A stretch of 64,000 nt of DNA from Trichormus sp. ATA11-4-KO1. Lineage in GTDB: Bacteria; Cyanobacteriota; Cyanobacteriia; Cyanobacteriales; Nostocaceae. The notes below the pieces were generated by a model, which saw only the letters and a list, made by a program, of their open reading frames with translations, was not told the DNA's origin and made no database searches. The stretch is taken from NCBI GenBank assembly GCA_019358915.1, contig JAHHIM010000065.1:64001-128000 (forward strand), written 5' to 3'. Shown one piece after another: positions 42,994-54,266 of the stretch. How positions within the stretch are numbered: the first letter of the stretch is position 1; each line of letters begins with the position of its first letter. The position numbers and the translations under genes are program-made.

Positions 42994-45900
42994 TTACAAA
43001 CAAAGTTGAGACTCTTCTGTCGTCAGATTAGGGTTAGTTTGAAGATAATTATGCAGGCGATCGCAAGCATGGTTCAGCAACTGATTGAGATCCAATGTTT
43101 GCAGTTCTATCTCCTCCAGGTTCCACAGTTTAATTGTGGCATCCTGACCACCGGAAACTAGCATTTTGCTGTCGGGACTAAAACTCACACTTTTGACACC
43201 GCCGTTATGCCCTGGGAAGGTTTTGAGCAAAATACCACTGGCAACACTCCAAAGTTTGATGGTATTGTCATCGCTAGCTGAGGCGATCATTTGACCATTG
43301 GGTGAAAAAGTGACATTAGCCACCAAATCATTATGTCCCTGGAAATTTTGCAGTAGTGAACCATCCAGTCCCCAGAGTTTCACAGTTCTGTCCTGACTAG
43401 CTGAAGCGATAGTTTTACCATCGGGAGCAAAATTAATACTCCACACACTGGCGCTATGTCCTGGAAAAGTTATCAGCAGGCGACCGTCTCGGCTCCAGAG
43501 TTTGATGGTTTTGTCTGCACTGGCGGAGGCGATAGTTTTGCCATCTGGGCTGAATTTAATGTCAGTCACCCAACCGTTATGACCTGAGAGAGTTGTCAGC
43601 AGGCGACCGTCTCGGCTCCAGAGTTTAATAGTTCTGTCTGCACTAGCAGAAGCCAGAATCTGACCATCAAGGCTGAAACTCATACTAGTTACCCAATGGT
43701 TATGTCCCTGGAGAATGTGCAGCAAAGTACCCTCACGTTTGCGAATCTGGATAGTCTGGTCTGCACTGGCCAAGGCAACTGTATTGCCATCGGCAGTAAA
43801 GCTAATGCTGGTAACATTATCGATGGGGGAAGGCAGTGTTTTGAGCAACTGACCGTGCAAATTCCAGAGTTTCATAGTGTTGTCAGCACTGAGAGAAGCA
43901 ATGGTATAACCATCAGCAACGAAGCTGACATTATTGACACTGGCTGTATGCCCGTAAAAAGTTTTGGGTAACGTTTGTTCTAGTTTCCACAATCGGATAG
44001 TATTGTCATCACTAGCCGAGGCAATTTCCTGGCTGTCTGGGCTAAAACTTAGACTATTGACCTCATGGCTATGTCCTTGCAGGATACCTAACAAGTTACC
44101 TGCACGAGTCCAAAGTTTGATAGTTTTGTCAGCACTGGCTGAGGCCATAATCTTACCATCGGGCGAGAACCTGACCTGCCAAACACCAGCACCATGCCCT
44201 GCTAAAGTTTTGAGCAAAGTACCGTCACGACTCCAGAGTTTAATGGTATTGTCGGCACTAGCTGAAGCTATTGTCTGGCCATCAGGACTAAATGTGACAT
44301 CTAAAACCTCTCTAGTATTGGCTGGCAAGGTTGTTAATAACTGACCATCCAAACTCCAAAGTTTAATTGTGCCATCATCACTAGCGGAGGCAATGGTATC
44401 ACCTTCTGGTGAGAAACTGACGCTGTTGACACTCCGGCTATGCCCGATGAATATTTTGAGTAACTTGCCGTCGCGACTCCAAAGTCTGGCATTGTTGTCA
44501 TTACTACCAGTGACCAACATTCGCCCATCTGGTGAAAATCTGACGCTATTCACACCATGAATAGGCCCTATAAGAGTTTTGAGTAACTTGCCATCACGAT
44601 TCCAGAGTTTGATAGTCTTGTCACTACTAGCAGAGGCGAGCATCTGACCATCTGGTGAGAAACTGACGCTATTCACACCATCGTTATGTTCTGTGAGAGT
44701 TGCGAGTAACTTGCCATCACGACTCCAAAGTTGGATGCTGTTGTCAGCATTAGCCGCAGCCAAAATTTGACCATCTGGTGAGAAATTGACGCTGCTGACC
44801 CAAGAATTATGAATTAAACGGTTGCGTTCTTGAGTTCCATAAACTGCCTGCTGGAGGATAGTTGCAGTTTGAGTTTGGATATTTGCTGGAACTCCCGGAG
44901 TAATTTTCTGTAATTCTCTTCCCGCTTTGACGCTAGTTAGTAATGCTTCTAACTGCTGATGGGAGAGGAGAAAGTTTTCTGACAAGGAATTTAAAGCCTG
45001 TATCTCTCGGAACTGAGCTTTTTGGGTTTGTTGGTAAGCTAACACAGCTAAACTGAAAGCAGTCAGTCCGAGAATACTGATAATTGCTACAGTTCTTTGT
45101 GCTTGCCTGAGTCTATTTTTTTCTTTTTGTTGTTGTCGTTGTCTTTCTAGTAAACAAGCTGCAATAAAACGTTGGACATCAAAAGAAAGTTCATCAGTGT
45201 AATTAACGTAAATTTCCTCGGCTTCGGCAAGGCGAACACCTGGCAATAAAAAATCAGGTTGTTCATCATTATGCTTCCACAAAGCTGCTGCTTGCTCAAT
45301 TTGACGATGCGATCGCAGCCTAGCACGACTTTCTTCTAGCCACCAGCGCAATGTTGACCAGTAACGAATTAAAACTTCATGGGCTACTTCTATGGTGATC
45401 TCCTGGGGGGATGGGGGAGTGAGGGAGTGAGGGAGTGAGGGAGTATTTTTTTTGTCCCCTTGTCCCCTTGTCCCCCTATCCCCTTGTCCCCTCATCCCCC
45501 CAACAACACCTGCATTTTCTTCTAAATTGACGACTATCAGCTTGGCAGCAATTAATACTTGCAATGTTCTTTCTACCAAAGCAACCGGATATTTTCTGAC
45601 AATTAACTCAGATTTGAGTACCCGTCTTCTAGTATCTTCCGTACCTTCACCCAACTGCGTCAGCGACAAAAAAATCCAACGGGCACAATCTTGAGCTTCT
45701 GGATCTAAACTGTCATAAACTGCTTGGGCTTTACTCTCCAGTGCCCCTTTAATCCCACCTAAGTGCTGCTGATATGCTTGTAAGGTAATTACACCATTTT
45801 CACGGTATTCCCACAGTTGCTCTAAAACAAATTCTAACAGTGGTAAGTCTCCCGGAGACTGGTGTAACTCCTGCACCAGCACCTCTACTAATTCTGACTC

Positions 45901-48177
45901 GACTGTTAATCCCACTTGTTCGGCGGGGTTAATAATAGTGCGGCGATACTCTTCTTCAGTTAAGCAGGGAGGTAACAGCACACTCGACTGCTGCAACAGC
46001 TTCGCCAATGTCGGTACTTCTAAACAAGCGGCGATAAAGTCTGCCCGCAAAGTAATGATTAATTTAAACTTGTCTGGTGCGTACTCTAGCGCCCCTAAGA
46101 CAATTTCTAAAAAATTCTGTCTATCTTGACTGGGAGCAAGGGTAAATAATTCTTCAAATTGATCTACTACCAAAACTACAATTGCTTCTGGGCGATTACG
46201 TAACCAGTTAGCGAATCCTTCTACCCCCTGATGTAACATCCCTTCTAGCTGCATTTGCTGGTATGCTTTTTCTCGCTCAGTACCGCTATCTACTAGGCGG
46301 CGCGATAAAGCTTCTAGGGGATTTGCACCGGGGCGCACACTTCTCATCCACCAATCTTGGCTACCTGGTAATAATTTGCCACGTCGTAGGTGAGCAACTA
46401 ATCCGGCTTGCACTACAGATGATTTTCCACTACCAGAGGCTCCCACAACTGCAATAAATGGCTTCAGTGTTAAGTCACTAATGAGTTGCTGGACAACGGT
46501 TTCTCTACCGTAGAAATACTGTGCATCTTCTTCTGCAAAAGCGCGTAATCCCCGGTAAGGGCAAAGCCCTAAATCAATAGCTGCTGTTGACTTAACGCCT
46601 CTATTACTAGAACTGGCAGGTATAACTTCAATTACGCCCTGTGTACCAGATAGCCAGATATGCAACGGCAATTCATGATTACAGGATAATTGCAATTGGG
46701 TAATCCAAGCGGCTGCTGTCAAACTAGGTTGTTGCTGGGCTATTTGCAAGGTAGAGTGTAGGGTTTGGGCAAATTGTTCGGGATTGTCTTTGGGGGAGGC
46801 AGCAGCAATTATACATTGCCCTTGCTCAAATCCTAGTTGCAAATCTTCGACCCAATCTTGTAGAGGTGCATAGTTATTTGACCCCACAGGACAATCTAAG
46901 ATGATAATTTGTTGGGCATAAGTTGAACGTCGTAGCTGTTGCCTTAACCAGGAACGACTTAGCCGGATATTTTCTGCCAAAACTAAGGCAGGTTCACCAG
47001 TTTCAGTTTCCTCAAGTCGGCCACGTAAATATAAAAGTACTGTGGCCAAAATTTTGGGATTGTTTTGGGGAACTGATTCTGTACTTTGTAAACAAGTTTG
47101 AATAGTAGCGTGTAAATCTTCGGTGGTGGTGTTTGGCGATCGCGGCCAATATTCTAATTCAAAACCACCGACACCTCGTAATAATTTACTAAAAGCGAGA
47201 GTAGTCTGATTAGTAGCTAGTCCCTCTAAAATTAGTGCTTGTCGGGGAGAGGACGATTCGACAATTGCTGGTTTTAATCCCAGAATTACTTCGCCTACTC
47301 CTTCGACAATCCGCTTGGGTGTTTGCTGCGGATATTCAGAATAAAGCTGAGTATCGCCTCTACTTTTGTTTTGCTGATTAATCAGCCGTAATTGCTGGTT
47401 GGTTTGCTCAATGTATTGTCGCGTTTGATGATAAACATATCGATAAAGTCCATCAGCATCAATCAAACCCTGGGGATCAGCCGCTTCACCTCGCAACCCA
47501 CGCATCAAGTAATAAGTAAATACTCCATGTCCCAATTCGGGAAATTCCCAGGATTGTTGATTGGTATCACAGGAAAGTAAGGCATAGAATCCTTTACTTT
47601 GTTTGGCGCGTTGGCGTAATAATTCCACCATTTGGGGTGTGGGGTTGGGCAAAGCTGGGGCTGTGGTATTACTTCTGGCTCCTCGGAATGTTAAGCTACC
47701 GCTATGACAAGCATCCAGCCACACTAACTGAGTTTGCGCCTCACTATTTCCCAATAACTGCAAAAGTTCTTGTAATCCTAAACCTGTATTGAGTAAGTCG
47801 TTTGTTTGAGTATCTGCTAGACATAAAAACGCTTGCTGCGTATTTGGCTCTAGCATCCCATGTCCAGAAAAATAAAATAAAATCGTATCCGGTGGTTGAG
47901 CAGCTGTAGTAATTTGCTGTAAGCTGGCACGCACTGTAGAGAGGGTAGGCGGCTGAGAAGTCAAATCGTGGTGAACCCGTTTCTCTGTTTGGGGAAATCC
48001 TTGGGTTGCGTCTGCTAAAGCTGCGGCTAAACCCTGACAATCCACAGATGAGTAGCGCAGTGAGGGTAGTTTCTCATCTTGGTATTGGTTGACTCCCACC
48101 AGCAATAGCCAAAATTGTGCCTCTCCTATTTCTAGGACATGGGTTAAGTGACTGGTAGCGACACCGAGTGGACACAT
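42994..48177 (-). CDS. Caspase (C14)-STAND NTPase-TM-WD40 protein
   Basis: FYFSGHG and LDACHSG dyad; [33 protein letters not shown] helix; ~14 WD40 repeats. Confidence 0.92.
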   Translation of the reverse strand: MCPLGVATSHLTHVLEIGEAQFWLLLVGVNQYQDEKLPSLRYSSVDCQGLAAALADATQGFPQTEKRVHHDLTSQPPTLSTVRASLQQITTAAQPPDTILFYFSGHGMLEPNTQQAFLCLADTQTNDLLNTGLGLQELLQLLGNSEAQTQLVWLDACHSGSLTFRGARSNTTAPALPNPTPQMVELLRQRAKQSKGFYALLSCDTNQQSWEFPELGHGVFTYYLMRGLRGEAADPQGLIDADGLYRYVYHQTRQYIEQTNQQLRLINQQNKSRGDTQLYSEYPQQTPKRIVEGVGEVILGLKPAIVESSSPRQALILEGLATNQTTLAFSKLLRGVGGFELEYWPRSPNTTTEDLHATIQTCLQSTESVPQNNPKILATVLLYLRGRLEETETGEPALVLAENIRLSRSWLRQQLRRSTYAQQIIILDCPVGSNNYAPLQDWVEDLQLGFEQGQCIIAAASPKDNPEQFAQTLHSTLQIAQQQPSLTAAAWITQLQLSCNHELPLHIWLSGTQGVIEVIPASSSNRGVKSTAAIDLGLCPYRGLRAFAEEDAQYFYGRETVVQQLISDLTLKPFIAVVGASGSGKSSVVQAGLVAHLRRGKLLPGSQDWWMRSVRPGANPLEALSRRLVDSGTEREKAYQQMQLEGMLHQGVEGFANWLRNRPEAIVVLVVDQFEELFTLAPSQDRQNFLEIVLGALEYAPDKFKLIITLRADFIAACLEVPTLAKLLQQSSVLLPPCLTEEEYRRTIINPAEQVGLTVESELVEVLVQELHQSPGDLPLLEFVLEQLWEYRENGVITLQAYQQHLGGIKGALESKAQAVYDSLDPEAQDCARWIFLSLTQLGEGTEDTRRRVLKSELIVRKYPVALVERTLQVLIAAKLIVVNLEENAGVVGGMRGQGDRGTRGQGDKKNTPSLPHSLTPPSPQEITIEVAHEVLIRYWSTLRWWLEESRARLRSHRQIEQAAALWKHNDEQPDFLLPGVRLAEAEEIYVNYTDELSFDVQRFIAACLLERQRQQQKEKNRLRQAQRTVAIISILGLTAFSLAVLAYQQTQKAQFREIQALNSLSENFLLSHQQLEALLTSVKAGRELQKITPGVPANIQTQTATILQQAVYGTQERNRLIHNSWVSSVNFSPDGQILAAANADNSIQLWSRDGKLLATLTEHNDGVNSVSFSPDGQMLASASSDKTIKLWNRDGKLLKTLIGPIHGVNSVRFSPDGRMLVTGSNDNNARLWSRDGKLLKIFIGHSRSVNSVSFSPEGDTIASASDDGTIKLWSLDGQLLTTLPANTREVLDVTFSPDGQTIASASADNTIKLWSRDGTLLKTLAGHGAGVWQVRFSPDGKIMASASADKTIKLWTRAGNLLGILQGHSHEVNSLSFSPDSQEIASASDDNTIRLWKLEQTLPKTFYGHTASVNNVSFVADGYTIASLSADNTMKLWNLHGQLLKTLPSPIDNVTSISFTADGNTVALASADQTIQIRKREGTLLHILQGHNHWVTSMSFSLDGQILASASADRTIKLWSRDGRLLTTLSGHNGWVTDIKFSPDGKTIASASADKTIKLWSRDGRLLITFPGHSASVWSINFAPDGKTIASASQDRTVKLWGLDGSLLQNFQGHNDLVANVTFSPNGQMIASASDDNTIKLWSVASGILLKTFPGHNGGVKSVSFSPDSKMLVSGGQDATIKLWNLEEIELQTLDLNQLLNHACDRLHNYLQTNPNLTTEESQLCL
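45405..45500. repeat. Short tandem repeats inserted in frame in the caspase-STAND gene
   Basis: (GAGGGAGT)x3 and ~(TCCCCTTG)x4-5 encoding [15 protein letters not shown]...[11 protein letters not shown]. Confidence 0.8.
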
Positions 48178-49189
48178 TTTAAAAATGGTTAATCAGTAAG
48201 GTCTAAAATCTGGATGAAATTAAAATCTTCGGCACTGTAATTTAGATGTGGTTGGCACAGTGACGATTTTAGGGTTGCATGAGTTGTGTGCGATCGCGTC
48301 ATAAAAACGGGCGATCGCCAGCCGCAAAAGCTCTTTTTTCCATCAACACCCAAAGACCATCTTGACATATTGTGGTATTCGCCAGGCTAAGTTCTAGTAC
48401 AACTAGACGACCATCTCAGAATTACAGTTCCATTATCCTGCCCCAGCAGAGGGCATTCTATTGTTGGGGTTAGGCTATCCGTGGGTTATGGTATTAGCAC
48501 CTTATATTAAGGTTACACAACTAGCAGTCGATTTTAAAAATATACTTGCCAATATTCTGTTCATCTTAATACCTATCGATGAATTATTAAAGTGTTCTGG
48601 TTGATTTATTTTGTGGGTTTGCTGCCGTTATTTTATGCAGTTTTATGCCTAGAAAAAGTAAGTAAACCTCATGATTTGCTACATTTATAGGGCAAAAATC
48701 ATAAGTTAATATTACTTGTATAAGCAAATAAATTAAAAAAACGCCAATTTGGCGACATCTATTAGATGATCTTTGTTAGAGTATTAATTGTAAAAGACTT
48801 GTGGGCTTTATAGTCCAAGGTTTACTACACTTCAAGAGCGTTTATTAGGGTACTAATTCTCTTAGTTCTGCTAATTATGCTCTGTGAATTGAAGATTGCT
48901 ACTGTTTTAATTGTAGTGATCTCCAGAATCCCTTCTTCTCGCAAAAGGGACAAGTAGAATCATAAGTCCTTGTTGATTTACTCCTATCCATACCTCGTTC
49001 ATTATGACATGGGCGAGGTATTTTTCATTTCATACCTATTCAAGTAATAGGTGTAACCATCTTGTGAGAAACAAACCGCCTTCTCTTACGAGCTAGCTGC
49101 AAGGGCAGTAATTGAGACGCAAAGTCTGCCATAAAAAAGACATTTATTGAATTTGACACAAACCCTAAGTAGATTTCAATGTTATTATT

Positions 49190-49287
49190 GTCGAGTTTAC
49201 CGAACCACAAATATTCATTTTTCCGTACATCTGATTGGTTAATATCTCGGTTCGGTAATCATCATAGTTGAGTGCTAAAAACCGAAC
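49190..49287 (+). promoter_or_regulatory. K-box-like GTTCGG sites and degenerate CIRCE upstream of hsp20
   Basis: GTTCGGTAAACTCGAC on minus strand 49190-49205, GTTCGG at 49250, CCGAAC at 49282; perfect CIRCE right arm GAGTGCTAA 49270-49278, left arm 5/9. Confidence 0.5.
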
Positions 49288-49372
49288 TTACACGAGTTTT
49301 ATTTCTGAATATTATAAGAGCATCAAACCTAACTTAAACGGCATAAATACTCAAGAATTCAGAGGTGGAAAC

Positions 49373-49822
49373 ATGACACTAGTACGTTGGAACCCCTGGC
49401 AAGAAATTAACAATTTACAACGCCAAATTAATCGGTTGTTTGATGAAGATATGCTACCAGCAACGTTTGCAGAAAGAAACTTAACTAGATTTCCTGCTGC
49501 TGAGTTACAAGAGACTGAAGAGGCAATTCACCTGAAGCTAGAACTTCCGGGAATGGAAGCTAAAGACTTAGATATACAGGTTACAGAAAAAGCTGTTTAC
49601 ATTAGTGGTGAACGTAAATCGGAAAGCAAAACCGAAGATAAAGGTGTGATCAAAAGCGAATTCAACTATGGCAAGTTCCAACGTGTGATTCCTTTATCTA
49701 CTCGAGTTCAAAATACCAATGTTAAGGCAGAATATAAAAATGGAATTTTGACTTTAATGCTACCTAAGGCTGAAGAAGAAAAGAATAAAGTCGTCAAAGT
49801 CAATCTCCAATCAGCCAACTGA
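49373..49822 (+). CDS. hspA: Small heat shock protein Hsp20
   Basis: MTLVRWNPWQE, LELPG, ISGERK, SEF.YGKFQR.I.L, A.YKNGIL.L.LPK. Confidence 0.92.
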   Translation: MTLVRWNPWQEINNLQRQINRLFDEDMLPATFAERNLTRFPAAELQETEEAIHLKLELPGMEAKDLDIQVTEKAVYISGERKSESKTEDKGVIKSEFNYGKFQRVIPLSTRVQNTNVKAEYKNGILTLMLPKAEEEKNKVVKVNLQSAN

Positions 49823-49880
49823 TATAGCTTTACTGAAGCTAGCTAATTGCTAATGAGATAGATGGGTCTATCAGTGATAC

Positions 49881-49917
49881 AAAGCCCGTTGCTAGGAATT
49901 AGGACGGGCTTTTTTAT
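49881..49917 (+). terminator. Intrinsic terminator after hsp20
   Basis: AAAGCCCGT...ACGGGCTTTTTT. Confidence 0.75.
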
Positions 49918-50046
49918 CTGGTACTAAGAGTAATAAAGTCGGCGATCGCTGCTGTAAATCCCGCAAATGAATTATAATTTTTGGACACGATTGAGACGTT
50001 TAAGACTTTTCTTCCTCGGTAGAAACATAGTTAATATAGTTACAGG

Positions 50047-50766
50047 TTGTCAAGAATCAAAGGACTTAATGTGTTATCAAGTTCCCGAGCCGCAATTTTT
50101 GACATGGATGGACTGCTGTTTGATACGGAAAGTATTGCGCGATGGGCGTGGAAGCAGTCCCTAAAAAATCATGGCTATACAATGAGCGATGATTTATACA
50201 TCGAGTTTATTGGTCGAGACTTGTCATGGCGGGAAAAGTTACTCAAAAAAATATACGGAGCTAGCCTACCTTTTGAGTCTGTGACAGTGCAACGTATCGA
50301 AATAGGTGATGAGCGAGAATTGCGAGAAGGTTTGCCAATAAAACCTGGTGTCTTAGATTTGCTTCATCAACTAAGTAACCTGGGAGTAATTATGGGATTA
50401 GCAACTGGGACTGCTCGAACTAGAGCTATCCGACGTTTAACTAATGCTGGTATTCAACAATACTTCACCACAATTGTCACCAGTGAAGATGTTGCTGAGG
50501 GGAAACCTGCACCTGATATTTTTTTGGAAGCCAGCCGCCGCATGAACATTGCTCCTTTACAGTGTGTGGTTTTTGAAGACTCATCTGTAGGTGTGGAAGC
50601 AGCTTTTCGAGCGGGAATGTGTCCAATTATGGTTCCTGATATAGAACAGCCATCTCCGGAAATCAAAGGTTCGGCTTACCGAGTATTGAATTCTTTAGAA
50701 CAAGCAAGCGAATTATTAGCAGAATTATTTGGGGAAACAATCACACAAGAATCATTTCACCCATGA
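50047..50766 (+). CDS. HAD family phosphatase (beta-PGM/CbbY-like)
   Basis: FDMDGLLFDTE, LAT, GKPAPDIF, FEDS..G. Confidence 0.9.
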   Translation: MSRIKGLNVLSSSRAAIFDMDGLLFDTESIARWAWKQSLKNHGYTMSDDLYIEFIGRDLSWREKLLKKIYGASLPFESVTVQRIEIGDERELREGLPIKPGVLDLLHQLSNLGVIMGLATGTARTRAIRRLTNAGIQQYFTTIVTSEDVAEGKPAPDIFLEASRRMNIAPLQCVVFEDSSVGVEAAFRAGMCPIMVPDIEQPSPEIKGSAYRVLNSLEQASELLAELFGETITQESFHP

Positions 50767-50941
50767 TGGTAGTCAGCCCAGATTTTTTAGTAAAGTCTTA
50801 TGTACCCGTATCAGATGGACTCGCATTGTAGTTGCACAAGGCAGGCGATCGCCTTCTCCATCAGCTGGTATTATCTCTGTACGAAAAGCATGTTGACTGA
50901 TCAAGGGCTGTACTTTATTTAGTTCACACAAGGGGTAAAGA

Positions 50942-51151
50942 ATGAAAGTTAGTGCTCGTAATGCTCTCAAAGGAAAGGTGAAGCAAGTTACACCTGGAGC
51001 TATCAATGCCGAAATCGTGATTGAAATTGCGCCCGGAGTTGAAGTTACTTCGATCATTACCAAGTCTTCCTACGAAAGCCTGGGTTTAGAAGTAGGTAAA
51101 GAAGTGTATGCAATCGTCAAATCAACTGATGTTTTGATTGGTATTGACTAA
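50942..51151 (+). CDS. mop: Molybdenum-pterin-binding (TOBE/molbindin) protein
   Basis: MKVSARNALKGKV...SIIT..S...LGL..GKEVYAIVKS. Confidence 0.92.
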   Translation: MKVSARNALKGKVKQVTPGAINAEIVIEIAPGVEVTSIITKSSYESLGLEVGKEVYAIVKSTDVLIGID

Positions 51152-51582
51152 AATCCCAGGATTAGACATAAACAGTCAATAGTTAAAAGTTTGTAGTGAG
51201 GGCTTTAGCCCTCTCTCCCCTGCGGTATGATATGCCAACAAAAATTTAATTATTTACGCCGTTTTACTTCAGTAATTTCATCATGTCTTTAATCAATCTT
51301 TAATTTATCTATCAGTGATTACCGTTACTATGTATTTTAGTAAGCTGTAATTTCATTTTATAGAGATATACAGATACACACAGGTAAAAGTTAATATATA
51401 TCCTGAAATTAAAAAAATTGCATAATTCAACTTTGTTGCTTCAACAAATATGAAGCACCTAAGTAATTATCCAGATTCAAGATGAATGAGCAAAGGTTGC
51501 ACTACCCAGTTTTACACAGAGTCTGGGCAGTTTATTCATGAACATATATAAGACTACAGGACAAGTCGGAGAGCAAGATATC

Positions 51583-52152
51583 ATGAAGAATGGCTGGAGG
51601 CGTTGGGTTAGGACTGTTAACTTAAGTTTGATAAAATTAATGCCAACGTTGCTATTTTTAGCATTTTCTCATCGGGCGATCGCTGAAGACCCGGGATCAT
51701 GTTTCATGATTACCTCTTCCGGCAGAAGAATTGGATTAGGAACACTGTGCGCTACGAAAAAGATACCGTCTCACAACAATAATAACCAAGTTTTTCGGGT
51801 TCCCATCAAACGCCGCCTTGGTAGAACCCCTGTAATTGATGTCACCTTCAATGACAAAAAAACTTTTGAGATGATTGTAGATACAGGGGCCCACGGTACT
51901 TTGATTACTTCAGGTATGGCAAGTACCCTGAAACTCCAGGCTACAGGGATGATGCAAGCCCAAATTGCTGATGGTACTCAAGTCCAATTCCCCACAGGTA
52001 AGGTCATGTCTATGGCAGCTGGTGGAGTTGTGGCTAACAATTTAGAGGTGGCGATCGCGCCAAAAGCTGGTATTGGACTACTCGGCCATGATTTTTTTGG
52101 TAATTACGATATCAAAATTCTGGAAAAAGAGGTGGAGTTTCATACCCGCTAA
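51583..52152 (+). CDS. Retropepsin-like aspartic protease, secreted
   Basis: MIVDTGA and GLLGHDFF; CFM...G..I.L..LC N-terminal motif. Confidence 0.85.
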   Translation: MKNGWRRWVRTVNLSLIKLMPTLLFLAFSHRAIAEDPGSCFMITSSGRRIGLGTLCATKKIPSHNNNNQVFRVPIKRRLGRTPVIDVTFNDKKTFEMIVDTGAHGTLITSGMASTLKLQATGMMQAQIADGTQVQFPTGKVMSMAAGGVVANNLEVAIAPKAGIGLLGHDFFGNYDIKILEKEVEFHTR

Positions 52153-52420
52153 TTCTCCATGAAGATTAATTATTGGTGAGAAAAGCATGAAAATTATCTT
52201 AGAGTAATTTCATGCTTTTATTATTTGTTATTTAAATTCACCTCATTTTTTAACTAATTTTTTAGTAGATAATTGCTGTATGGTGGCTTCCCGCAGGGCA
52301 TAACGCATGGTTTGGATGATTATCTGACAAGCTCGTGGTTAATAAATTGAATTGAACGCTGTTTCAGTTCACGTATGAGCGGGAAGAAACTCCACTATTA
52401 ACATATATAAAAGAGTCACC

Positions 52421-53371
52421 ATGAATACAGTAAAACAGCCTTTAAGTGCCAAATTTCACAAGCCACATAAAAGTTTATTTAGCCATTGGCATGAAACAAG
52501 CTGGATTAGAAGTAAACCCATACGCCAGGATGCTATTTCTGGGCTACCTTTTTCTCCAGAGTTAGTACCATTAGCATCTCATCCGCAAATTGTGGTAGAT
52601 TACCAGCGTTGGATAACTGTTCTTGGCTATCATCTGTTAGCTCATCTGCAATTTACTACACTGTTAGAGCTAAGCCACGTTAATCCTGTTTGTAGTGCTT
52701 TAGCGCAAGGGAAAGCACCGATTCTTCTCAGCGCTCAACAACGTAATGATGCTCTGAAAATCTACTGTGATGAAGGTGGTCATGCTTTGTTTGTAGAGGA
52801 TTTTTCCCATCAAGTAGAAGAGGCATTTGCTCTCAATCGTTCTGTGGTTGGTCGTCCCAGTTTTGAACGGGTAATTGAAAAGATAATTGCCGAAAATCAA
52901 ACACAATTATCATCCGACTTGATTAAGCTATTTTTTGTGACAATCTCAGAAACTTTGGTCACCAAAGTGCTGAAAAATATTCCCCATGACCCAGAAGTTG
53001 CGTCTGTTGTACGGGAAGTTATTAATGATCATGCTGTTGATGAAGCATTACACAGCGCTTATTTCCGTAATTTGTTTCCCTTGCTGTGGGCGCGTCTCTC
53101 CGCTTACGAAAAAGAAAAAATGTTACAAATTTTACCCAAGTTAGTCTGGGCTTTTCTCGGTCCAGATCGTCAGCTTGAGTACAGTATTGTCAGACGCTTA
53201 GGCTTTAATGCCCCAGATGCAGAGGGGATTTTACAAGAAGTATATATACCTGAACAAGTCGCACTTTCAGTAAAACAGGCAGCTAGTCCCACCTTAAAAA
53301 TGTTTGAAGCGGCAGGTGTGTTGAATATTCCCTCGGCTTCCCAAATATTTGCAGATTATCAGCTCATTTAA
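52421..53371 (+). CDS. AurF/CmlI-like diiron oxygenase (ferritin-like)
   Basis: TTLLE..HVNP, DEGGH, ISETL, DHAVDEALH ligand motifs. Confidence 0.8.
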   Translation: MNTVKQPLSAKFHKPHKSLFSHWHETSWIRSKPIRQDAISGLPFSPELVPLASHPQIVVDYQRWITVLGYHLLAHLQFTTLLELSHVNPVCSALAQGKAPILLSAQQRNDALKIYCDEGGHALFVEDFSHQVEEAFALNRSVVGRPSFERVIEKIIAENQTQLSSDLIKLFFVTISETLVTKVLKNIPHDPEVASVVREVINDHAVDEALHSAYFRNLFPLLWARLSAYEKEKMLQILPKLVWAFLGPDRQLEYSIVRRLGFNAPDAEGILQEVYIPEQVALSVKQAASPTLKMFEAAGVLNIPSASQIFADYQLI

Positions 53372-53387
53372 CAAAGATTATTTGACC

Positions 53388-54107
53388 ATGAAAAGTGCAA
53401 CAGTCATCAGACATCTAGCTTTTGAGGATTTAGGCTCTCTAGAACTGGCTCTTGAACAAAAAGGTTACACAATCAAATATTTTGAAGCTGGAGTTGATTC
53501 TTTGGCCGCGATCGCTCCTCTCACTCCAGATCTCCTGATTATTCTAGGAGGCCCAATTGGGGTTTATGATGAACAAGACTATCCCTTTCTTCGAGACGAG
53601 CTACATTTATTAGAACAGCGTTTAGCAGTTGATTCACCTACACTAGGCATCTGCTTAGGCGCTCAATTAATGGCTCGTGCCTTAGGAAACAAAGTTTACC
53701 CTGGAATGCAAAAAGAAATTGGCTGGTCTGCCATAGAACTGAGCGACGCTGGGAAACATTCCCCCTTAGTTCATTTAGCTACAGAACAAACCCCAGTCCT
53801 ACACTGGCACGGAGATACATTTGATTTGCCGGCTGGCTCTACACATTTAGCTGCTACCAAAGAGTATCAAAATCAAGCATTTTCTTGGGGTAAATCTTGC
53901 ATGGGGCTACAGTTTCATCTAGAAGTGACTGCATCAGGGTTAGAACGCTGGTTTATTGGCCATGCTTGTGAAATTAATGCTACACCCGGTGTCAGTGTTG
54001 AAAGCTTACGCGCCGATACAGTTCGCTATGCCAAAATATTACAACAAAAGGCTACTCTCATCTGGTGGGAATGGTTGGAGTTACTTCAACAGCCTAAAAG
54101 TAAGTGA
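53388..54107 (+). CDS. Type 1 glutamine amidotransferase (stand-alone, GMP-synthase-like)
   Basis: RHLAFEDLG, LGGP, GICLGAQL, WHGD, QFHLE. Confidence 0.9.
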   Translation: MKSATVIRHLAFEDLGSLELALEQKGYTIKYFEAGVDSLAAIAPLTPDLLIILGGPIGVYDEQDYPFLRDELHLLEQRLAVDSPTLGICLGAQLMARALGNKVYPGMQKEIGWSAIELSDAGKHSPLVHLATEQTPVLHWHGDTFDLPAGSTHLAATKEYQNQAFSWGKSCMGLQFHLEVTASGLERWFIGHACEINATPGVSVESLRADTVRYAKILQQKATLIWWEWLELLQQPKSK

Positions 54108-54266
54108 ATTACCCACAGGTGAGGATATAGCGAGGCTCCAGGAGAAACGCGAAAAAGTTAGATCATCACTGGGAAAATTTAATTGTCGCGTTTTCCCGAA
54201 GGTTGAATATGGTGCAAAGATGTGGATGTTGTCTGTCAGCTTTTATGGTTTCACCAACCGAGACGT

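Noticed and set aside
43100..44800. ~123-bp periodic DNA repeats suggesting an array
   Set aside because: They are WD40 coding repeats, with no CRISPR repeat-spacer structure
50773..51063. 96-aa minus-strand ORF / Moco riboswitch upstream of mop
   Set aside because: Antisense shadow of mop; no recognisable riboswitch motif
52281..52396. Known riboswitch (cobalamin, guanidine-I, SAM-I, TPP, glutamine)
   Set aside because: Diagnostic conserved motifs not found by eye; kept only as an unknown structured leader
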